NCBI GenBank assembly: GCA_003644405.1 | Contig: QNCE01000002.1 | Coordinates: forward strand, 1 to 50,029 | DNA length: 50,029 nt | Reading direction: 5' to 3' | DNA from: Candidatus Omnitrophota bacterium | GTDB taxonomy: Bacteria; Omnitrophota; Gorgyraeia; Duberdicusellales; 4484-171 | Shown here: piece by piece, positions 40,796 to 50,029 of the stretch | How positions within the stretch are numbered: position 1 is the first letter of the stretch | Layout: each line of letters opens with the position of its first letter | Position numbers and translations under genes: made by a program | Notes under the pieces: model-generated | What the model saw: only the letters and a program-made list of their open reading frames with translations | Database searches by the model: none | Told to the model about the DNA's origin: nothing

Positions 40796-41463
40796 TGAAA
40801 GTGTGGGTATTAATTCCTGCATACAACGAAGAAGATACTTTGGGACAAATATTAGAGGAGTTAAAAAAGAAATCCCTATCTGTATTAGTGGTAGATGATG
40901 GCTCCTGGGATAATACTTCTCGAGTAGCGGAAGATAAGAGAGTAGTGGTAATTAGAAACAAAAAAAATTTTGGAAAAGGACTATCTATAAAAAGAGGAAT
41001 AAGATACCTTTTAGATAAGGAAGACTTCGATTATTTAATTACTATGGATGCAGATAACCAACACTCTCCACAAGATTTAGAGAAATTTTTAGAGGAAGCA
41101 AAGAAAGGAGAAACTTTTATTATAGGTAATCGTATGGATGAGCCTAGAGGAATGCCTAAAATACGGGTTTTTACTAACAAGTTAATGTCTTGGTTTATAT
41201 CTAAAATGGTAAAACAAAAAATACCAGATACACAATGTGGCTTCCGACTAATTAAAAGAGATATCTTAGAAAAGATAAATATAGAAACTGACAAATATCA
41301 AATAGAGTCAGAAATTCTTATAAAAGCTGCTAAAAGAGGAGTGAGGATAAAATCTATACCCATAAAAAGTATTTATTTTAAAAATGCTAAAAGTAAAATA
41401 AACCCTATAATGGATACCATAAGATTCTTAAAATTTATATTTTTTCTTAATGAAGGAAAATAA
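40795..41463 (+). CDS. Family 2 glycosyltransferase (polyprenol-phosphate sugar transferase-like)
   Basis: 222 aa with IPAYNEE, VVDDGSWDNT, DADNQH and QCGFR. Confidence 0.85.
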   Translation: MKVWVLIPAYNEEDTLGQILEELKKKSLSVLVVDDGSWDNTSRVAEDKRVVVIRNKKNFGKGLSIKRGIRYLLDKEDFDYLITMDADNQHSPQDLEKFLEEAKKGETFIIGNRMDEPRGMPKIRVFTNKLMSWFISKMVKQKIPDTQCGFRLIKRDILEKINIETDKYQIESEILIKAAKRGVRIKSIPIKSIYFKNAKSKINPIMDTIRFLKFIFFLNEGK

Positions 41464-42100
41464 CTACTTACTTTTGAGAAAAAGGATGATTGAAGAACAA
41501 TTAATACCTCGAGGTATAAGGAACAAAAGAATTCTAGAGGCCTTCGAAAATATTCCGCGCCATCTTTTTGTACCGGAGGAAAAACAAAGCTATGCCTATG
41601 AAGATCACCCTCTATCTATAGGATGGGGGCAAACTATATCCCAACCATTTATAGTAGCTCTAATGACACAACTCCTTGAACCCAAAAAAGATGAAAAGGT
41701 TTTAGAAATAGGTACAGGTAGTGGTTACCAATCAGCTATATTAGCTTATCTAGGATGTAAAGTGTTTACTATAGAAAGAATTCCTCAACTAGCTGAGAGG
41801 GCCCAGCAAGTTTTAGAGTCTTTAGAATTTAAGGTGGAAGTAAAAATAGGCGATGGCACTCTAGGATGGGAAAAGGAGTCGCCTTTTGATAAAATAATTG
41901 TCACCGCTGCCGCCAAAGATATTCCTTCTCCTTTAGTTCATCAGCTGAAAATCGGAGGGAGATTAATAATGCCTATAGGTGGCGCTTTCCATCAAGAGCT
42001 TATTATAGCAGATAAAGTTACCAATAAAGAAGTTAAGAAAAAAAGTGCGGGTAGCTGTATTTTTGTTCCTTTAATTGGGAAGTATGTTGAAAGAAAGTGA
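41450..42100 (+). CDS. pcm: Protein-L-isoaspartate O-methyltransferase
   Basis: 216 aa with GQTISQPFIVALM and the SAM motif VLEIGTGSGYQ. Confidence 0.92.
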   Translation: MKENNYLLLRKRMIEEQLIPRGIRNKRILEAFENIPRHLFVPEEKQSYAYEDHPLSIGWGQTISQPFIVALMTQLLEPKKDEKVLEIGTGSGYQSAILAYLGCKVFTIERIPQLAERAQQVLESLEFKVEVKIGDGTLGWEKESPFDKIIVTAAAKDIPSPLVHQLKIGGRLIMPIGGAFHQELIIADKVTNKEVKKKSAGSCIFVPLIGKYVERK

Positions 42101-42551
42101 GATCATTACAATCGCCTTAGCTGCTTCTCCTGTATTGGAACTAAGAGGAGCAATCCCTTTCGCTATAGCTAAAGGACTTTCTCCTTTAAAAAGCTATTTT
42201 CTTTCTATTATCGGTAATATGTTACCAGTTGTTCCCTTATATCTGTTCTTCAATTATCTCTTCCACAAGTTGAAAGATGTTCCTTTTTTGGGAAATTTAC
42301 TGACAAGATGGTTTAAGGTTGTAGAAAGAAAGTCAAAACTTATCTCTACTTATGGAATAATAGGATTAATACTTTTTGTAGCTATTCCCTTTCCTACTAC
42401 GGGAGCTTGGACAGGAACTTTTGTAGCTAATTTATTGAAATTCAATATATTAAAAACTTTACTAAGCATTTTATTAGGAATAATGATAGCAGGGATTTTG
42501 GTAGAATTAGCTACTCAAGGGGTGATAAAGTTGTGGCTCCTCTTTAATTAA
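42084..42551 (+). CDS. Small integral membrane protein (COG2426-like putative small multidrug export protein)
   Basis: About 155 aa with 4 predicted hydrophobic helices and LELRGAIP near the N-terminus. ATG at 42084; the track ORF begins at TTG 42075. Confidence 0.65.
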   Translation: MLKESEIITIALAASPVLELRGAIPFAIAKGLSPLKSYFLSIIGNMLPVVPLYLFFNYLFHKLKDVPFLGNLLTRWFKVVERKSKLISTYGIIGLILFVAIPFPTTGAWTGTFVANLLKFNILKTLLSILLGIMIAGILVELATQGVIKLWLLFN

Positions 42552-42567
42552 AATTTAAAAAGAAGAA

Positions 42568-42762
42568 GTGGGGAAGGTATCTTATAAAAACTACTTAGAA
42601 ACTCTAAATAAGATAAGTAAAGCTATAACCAGCGATCTCTATCTTGAAGATATTCTTAAACTCATTGTCATTAGAAAATTAAGCATGAATAGACGTTTAC
42701 CTACGAAAGATATTGCCGAAGCTATCATTGCTGCACATGAAATCAAAAAAGATAAAAATTAA
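42568..42762 (+). pseudogene. Orphan 64-aa ORF resembling the first ~34 residues of a GAF-sensor protein (likely gene remnant)
   Basis: GTG start. LETLNKISKAITSDLYLEDILKLIV looks like the start of a GAF domain, then the sequence breaks off. It is followed by about 500 bp with no ORF. Confidence 0.35.
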
Positions 42763-43204
42763 AATATTAACTGTTATACTACGTCAAGCTAAAATTTCTT
42801 GATACTCCCTCGCCATTAAGCAGCCATAACCTCTATTTTTTCTCAACTCCCTTCCTTGTAATCTCTATATAAGCTAAATACATTTTTAGAATAATAAAAC
42901 TTTGCAAATAATACTTCTTTTAGCATTTTGTTATTATAACAACAAATAAGTTTTTTTTCTGACATCTTTTCTATTTATGATAACCTCTTCTCACAACCTA
43001 AGAGGCTAAATTTAATTATAAATACATTTATTATATGAGGAGGTGGATATGAAAAAAGTTTAGTTCTGTTTCTTTTTATTATATCTGTAGGAATCTTTTT
43101 CTTCTATAAAAAGAAAAATAGCACAGATTATTAAGAAGATGTTTAGTTAATTTTTTTAGAGCTTTCTACACACTTTTGTTGACACTACCAGAGGAATAGA
43201 TCAA

Positions 43205-43233
43205 TTGACATAAATTAAAAAATATGGTATTTT
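43205..43233 (+). promoter_or_regulatory. Sigma70-like promoter upstream of hisH
   Basis: TTGACA (43205-10), 17-nt spacer, TGgTATTTT extended -10 (43225-33), 35 nt upstream of the hisH ATG. Confidence 0.45.
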
Positions 43234-43268
43234 AGGGAGATTTTTGAAGAATTAATTTTGTTGATATT

Positions 43269-43892
43269 ATGGTTGCAATTATTGATTATGGCTTAGGAAA
43301 TCTACAAAGTGTAAGTAAAGCCTTCCAAATAATAGATAGAGATGTCCGAATCTCTTCATCTCCCTCCTTAATAAAGAAAGCAAATATTATCGTTCTTCCT
43401 GGAGTAGGAGCGTTCTTAAAAGGTATGGAAAATTTAAAAAATACAGGTATATTAGATACTGTAATAAGAGAAATAAATAAAGGAAAACCTTTTTTAGGTA
43501 TATGCTTAGGACTTCAACTTCTTTTTACCTATAGTCAAGAGCATACCTTAGCTCCGGGAATGAATATTATTAAAGGCGAAGTAGTAAAATTTACTAATGA
43601 TTTAAAGATTCCTCATATGGGATGGAACCAAGTAGAATACACAAATAATGAATTAACTAAGAAATTATTTAAAAATATACCTCAAAAAGCATATTTTTAT
43701 TTTGTGCACTCTTACTACGTTAAACCAAAGGAAGAAGCAATCATAGTGGCTACTACTTGGTATGGAGAAATATTTCCTTCAGCAGTGGTAAAAAATAATA
43801 TTGTAGGGGTGCAATTTCATCCTGAAAAGAGCGGAGATATGGGTCTAAAGTTTCTAAAAAACTTCTTAGAAATTTACGGAAATGCTTGCTAA
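43269..43892 (+). CDS. hisH: Imidazole glycerol phosphate synthase, glutaminase subunit HisH
   Basis: 207 aa with [11 protein letters not shown], catalytic Cys in GICLGLQ, and FHPEKS. Confidence 0.93.
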   Translation: MVAIIDYGLGNLQSVSKAFQIIDRDVRISSSPSLIKKANIIVLPGVGAFLKGMENLKNTGILDTVIREINKGKPFLGICLGLQLLFTYSQEHTLAPGMNIIKGEVVKFTNDLKIPHMGWNQVEYTNNELTKKLFKNIPQKAYFYFVHSYYVKPKEEAIIVATTWYGEIFPSAVVKNNIVGVQFHPEKSGDMGLKFLKNFLEIYGNAC

Positions 43893-44655
43893 AAGAATTA
43901 TACCCTGTCTGGATGTTAAGGATGGTAGAGTAGTAAAAGGAGTAAACTTTAAAAACTTAAAGGACGCTGGAGATCCTGTCGAACAAGCAAAAGTTTATGC
44001 TGAAGAAGGAGCAGATGAGATAATCTTTTTAGATATTACCGCTAGCCTAGAAAAAAGGAAAACTATTCTAGATGTAGTTAAAAGAACAGCGCAGACTATA
44101 TTTATTCCTTTCACAGTAGGAGGAGGCATCCGTAACCTAGAAGATATCCGCATTTTACTAAAATCTGGCGCAGATAAAGTCTCTATGAATACCTCAGCGG
44201 TAGAGGTACCATCTCTTATAAAAGAGGGAGCTGAAGAATTTGGTAGTCAATGTATAGTGGTAGCTATAGATGCTAAGTTAATAGAAAATGAAAAAAACTT
44301 TACTAAAAAGTGGGAACTCTATACCTACGGAGGAACCAAGCCCACAGGAATAGATGCTATAGAATGGGCAAAAAAAGCAGAATCTTTAGGCGCAGGCGAA
44401 ATTCTTCTCACGAGTATGGATAAAGATGGAACAAAAGATGGTTATGATTTAGAACTTACTAAAGCAGTATCGGAAGCGGTAAATATTCCTGTTATTGCTT
44501 CAGGAGGTGCGGGTAATTTAGAGCACCTGTATCAAGCTTTTACTGTAGGAAAAGCAGATGCTGTATTAGCAGCTTCAATATTTCATTATGGGGAGTACTC
44601 TGTTAGAGAGGCTAAAACTTATCTGAAAGAGAGAGGAATACCTGTAAGATTGTAA
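43882..44655 (+). CDS. hisF: Imidazole glycerol phosphate synthase, cyclase subunit HisF
   Basis: 257 aa with [17 protein letters not shown] and [14 protein letters not shown]. Confidence 0.95.
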   Translation: MLAKRIIPCLDVKDGRVVKGVNFKNLKDAGDPVEQAKVYAEEGADEIIFLDITASLEKRKTILDVVKRTAQTIFIPFTVGGGIRNLEDIRILLKSGADKVSMNTSAVEVPSLIKEGAEEFGSQCIVVAIDAKLIENEKNFTKKWELYTYGGTKPTGIDAIEWAKKAESLGAGEILLTSMDKDGTKDGYDLELTKAVSEAVNIPVIASGGAGNLEHLYQAFTVGKADAVLAASIFHYGEYSVREAKTYLKERGIPVRL

Positions 44656-44659
44656 TAAG

Positions 44660-46033
44660 ATGTGTGGAGTATTTGGAATATTTGGTCATAAAGAAGCAGC
44701 AAAACTAACCTATTTAGGGTTATATGCTCTCCAGCATAGAGGAGAGGAAAGCGCAGGAATTGCTGCATTTGATGGCAAAAGGCTGAATTATCAAAAAGGA
44801 ATGGGTTTAGTAAGTGAGGTTTTTAGTGAAGAAAGAATAAAAAAACTAAAAGGTTATATAGCAGTAGGACATAACCGCTACTCTACCACTGGATCCAGCA
44901 TTGCCGAAAATATCCAACCAATTCTAGTAAATCATAAAAAAACACCAGTAGTTGTTGCCCATAACGGGAATTTTACTAATACTTATGAGTTATATTCTCA
45001 ATTAGAAAAAGAAGGAGCTATCTTTCATACCACGATGGACTCAGAAATTATCATTCATCTTCTAGCAAGAGCCCAGAAGGATAACTTTAAAGATAGTCTC
45101 CTTTACGCTCTAAACAAAATAGAAGGAGCCTACTCCTTAGCTATGATTATTGGTAATAATCTTATTGCTGCTAGAGATCCCTGGGGGTTTAGACCTTTGT
45201 GTATTGGGAAGTTAAATGATGCCTATGTAGTAACTAGTGAAACCTGCGCTTTGGACTTAATCGGGGGCAATTATTTAAGAGATGTAGAGCCAGGGGAACT
45301 CATAATAATCAATAGTAAAGGAATGGAATCTATAAGATTTAAAACAGCTTACAGAAAAGCTATGTGTATTTTTGAATATATATATTTTGCTCGTCCTGAT
45401 TCCAACATTTTTAACTACAACGTATATTTAGTAAGAAAACAGCTTGGGAGACAGTTAGCTAAAGAATATCCCTTAATATGTGATTTTGTTATGCCTATCC
45501 CTGACTCGGGCAGTTATGCTGCTTTAGGTTTCTCTGAAGAAGCAAAAATACCTTACCAGTTAGGAATGATTAGAAATCATTACATAGGCAGAACTTTTAT
45601 ACAACCTTCTCAATTAGTAAGGGATTTTAGAGTAAAAGTCAAACTAAATCCTATAAAGGACGTACTTAAAGATAAAAAAGTAGGTGTAATTGAGGATTCT
45701 ATAGTAAGAGGAACAACAAGTAAGATAAGGGTGAAAACATTAAGAGAGGCGGGAGTAAAAGAGGTACACATGAGAGTAAGTTGTCCTCCTCTTAGATTTC
45801 CTTGTTTCTACGGAATTGATTTCCCTACTAAAAGGGAGCTTATTGCTGCCTCACGGAGCATAGAAGAAATTAAAAACTTTATTGGTTTAGATAGTCTAGG
45901 TTACTTAAGTTTGGAGGGGATGCTTAAGAGTATGCCTCATCCTCCTCAGGATTTTTGTACCGCTTGTTTTACAGGAAATTATCCCATAAAGCCATCTAAA
46001 AAAATGTCAAAAAGTATACTGGAGAGAAGGTAG
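44660..46033 (+). CDS. purF: Amidophosphoribosyltransferase
   Basis: 457 aa with the Ntn nucleophile MCGVFGI, a PRTase motif (VIEDSIVRGTT) and C-terminal Fe-S cysteines. Confidence 0.95.
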   Translation: MCGVFGIFGHKEAAKLTYLGLYALQHRGEESAGIAAFDGKRLNYQKGMGLVSEVFSEERIKKLKGYIAVGHNRYSTTGSSIAENIQPILVNHKKTPVVVAHNGNFTNTYELYSQLEKEGAIFHTTMDSEIIIHLLARAQKDNFKDSLLYALNKIEGAYSLAMIIGNNLIAARDPWGFRPLCIGKLNDAYVVTSETCALDLIGGNYLRDVEPGELIIINSKGMESIRFKTAYRKAMCIFEYIYFARPDSNIFNYNVYLVRKQLGRQLAKEYPLICDFVMPIPDSGSYAALGFSEEAKIPYQLGMIRNHYIGRTFIQPSQLVRDFRVKVKLNPIKDVLKDKKVGVIEDSIVRGTTSKIRVKTLREAGVKEVHMRVSCPPLRFPCFYGIDFPTKRELIAASRSIEEIKNFIGLDSLGYLSLEGMLKSMPHPPQDFCTACFTGNYPIKPSKKMSKSILERR

Positions 46034-48461
<2,428 letters not shown>

Positions 48462-48468
<7 letters not shown>

Positions 48469-49880
48469 AAGAAGCTATAAAAGCAAAAGAGCTAAATCCT
48501 CTCCAAAGAGTTAACAGCTTCCAGGAGGTAGTATTAGGATATACTCCTCAAGAAGCAGTGAAGGAAGCAAAAAGATGTTTACAATGCAAAAACCCAACTT
48601 GTATTGAAGGATGTCCCATAAAGATAGATATTAAAAAATTCATCTATCATGTTGCCCAGGGAGACTTTAGGAGTGCATACTCTATTATTAGAGATAAAAA
48701 TGACTTTCCCTCCATATGTGGAAGGGTATGTCCAGCGGAGTATCAATGTAGAAAATCGTGTGTACTTACACCAAAAGATGCTCCTTTTGCCTCACCTTCG
48801 GCTATAAATATCCACCTTTTAGAAAGATTTATAGGAGATTACGGTATCAAAAATAAACTTAACTTAAAGCACAATTCTTCTCGCAAACTTTGGCCTTCTA
48901 AGAAAGTAGCAATAATCGGGTCAGGTCCTGCTGGACTTACCTGTGCAAGCACGTTAGCACACTACGGAGTAAAAGTGAGCGTATTTGAATCCTTACATAA
49001 AATAGGAGGTGTTCTTCAATATGGCATCCCTTCTTTTAGACTTCCTAAGGATGTTATTGAGAAAGAGTTAAATAACTTAAAAAGAATGGGAATAAAATTT
49101 ATAACTAATTATTTAGTAGGAAAGACCATTACTTTAGAGGAATTATTCGAAAAAGACTTTTCTGCTGTGTTTGTCGCCACTGGCGCAGGTACACCTTCTT
49201 TTTTAAATATACCAGGAGAAAATCTATGTAACATTTATTCAGCTAACGAATTTTTAACTAGGGTTAACCTTATGGGTGCCCACTATTTTCCTAACTTTCA
49301 TACTCCTGTTAATATCGGAAGAAAAGTTGTTGTTATCGGTGGAGGCAATACTGCTTTGGATGCTGCTCGTTGTGCCCTTAGAATTCAAAAGATGAAAGGG
49401 CAGAAACCAAATGTCACGATTATATATAGACGAACAGAGAAAGAAATGCCTGCAAGAAGAATAGAGTACTTCCATGCCCAAGAAGAAGGAATAAAATTTC
49501 AATTTTTAACTCAACCTATTAAATTTATAGGAAATAAAAGAGGATATGTCAAGGAAGTAGAATGCCTAAAGTGCAAATTAGGCCCCAAAGATGACCAAGG
49601 AAGAGCTAAACCTATTCTATTAGAAAATTCTAACTTCAAGATTAAATGTGATTTAGTAATTATAGCTATTGGATTTAAACCTAATAAAACATTTCTACAG
49701 GCTACACCTTCAATTAAGCTGAACAAAAAAGGCTATATTGTTGTAGACCCATCAACGTTACAAACCTCCCTTAAAGGAGTTTATGCTGGAGGAGATATTG
49801 TAAAAGGAGAAGGAACGGTAATTGAAGCAATGGGAATGGGAAAGAAGGCCTCTCAGGCTATCCTATCCTACATTTCCTAA
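48462..49880 (+). CDS. GltD-family NAD(P)H oxidoreductase (NfnB / SudA / glutamate synthase small-subunit homologue)
   Basis: 472 aa with N-terminal Fe-S Cys motifs (CLQCKNPTCIEGCP; CGRVCPAEYQC) and two dinucleotide folds (GSGPAGL, VIGGGNTA). Confidence 0.85.
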
Positions 49881-49883
49881 AAT

Positions 49884-49990
49884 AGGTAGCATCCAGTTAA
49901 CTGCTGCTATTTTTATCCTAACCCTCTATAATGTAAAAAGTTGTGAAAAATAAGAAAGGCAGCCTATCTTAAAAAGAGGTTAGGATGGAT
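49884..49990 (+). repeat. 107-bp repeat, copy 2 (IS left end)
   Basis: 104/107 identical to 36667-36773. Begins 4 nt after the stop codon of the GltD-like gene. Confidence 0.9.
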
Positions 49991-50029
49991 AAAAAGAAAT
50001 TGTAAGGAGCATAATAAGCGAAAGAACGG
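49885..50029 (+). mobile_element. Second IS1-like element copy, truncated by the window edge
   Basis: Has the same left inverted repeat and leader. After 49990 the sequence is only loosely alignable to copy 1, and the Zn-finger ATG context reads ATGGATAAAAAGAAATTGTAA (6 codons, then stop). Confidence 0.5.

Noticed and set aside
42764-42775. The 12-mer AACAGTTAATAT shared (inverted) with the IS right inverted repeat, as evidence for a third IS copy.
   Set aside because: Similarity collapses immediately outside the 12-mer (about 3/10 and 3/7 matches in the flanks). It is mentioned only as a hint in the decayed-region finding.
42843-42965. 40-codon minus-strand ORF (MSEKKLICCYNNKMLKEVLFAKFYYSKNVFSLYRDYKEGS), which would be the only minus-strand gene in the window.
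   Set aside because: It has no convincing SD and is short, with AT-rich composition typical of random ORFs. No recognisable family.
43061-43090. TAG read-through or recoding (for example pyrrolysine-type) to rescue the interrupted hydrophobic ORF.
   Set aside because: TAG is the genuine terminator of rpsL, rplB, rpsN, rplO and purF in this same window. No recoding machinery is visible.

Overview
AT-rich bacterial chromosome segment, roughly one-third G+C by eye, not computed. Genes are tightly packed, many with 1-40 nt overlaps, and every credible gene lies on the + strand. Positions 146-29404 form one uninterrupted translation/transcription super-cluster: secE-nusG-rplKAJL-rpoBC-rpsLG-fusA-tuf, then the S10, spc and alpha operons through rplQ. 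rpmJ is present but missing from the ORF track; no rpmD (L30) gene is visible. Downstream come four blocks: (1) an aminotransferase / LeuCD-type hydro-lyase / isocitrate dehydrogenase / malate dehydrogenase / Lpd-like flavoprotein block, with pilT nested between the two hydro-lyase subunits; (2) a CheY-like receiver plus a GAF-HD-GYP protein; (3) a GT28 / LpxL-like acyltransferase / GT2 envelope module, followed by pcm and a small membrane protein; (4) hisH-hisF-purF-pyrG followed by an NfnAB/GltD-like pair. The only clearly accessory DNA is a 551-bp IS1-like miniature element at 36668-37218. It has an 8-bp target duplication and encodes only a split Zn-finger/HTH protein. A second copy of its 107-bp left end lies at 49884-49990, running toward the window edge. 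Two non-coding regions stand out. One is a 297-bp rpsG-fusA spacer containing a GC-rich, multi-hairpin block. The other is a ~700-bp decayed region upstream of hisH. I see no CRISPR array, tRNA or rRNA gene, or recognisable defence or toxin system. The window is mostly core housekeeping, and the findings are mainly gene-order oddities, the IS-derived element and candidate RNA structures.
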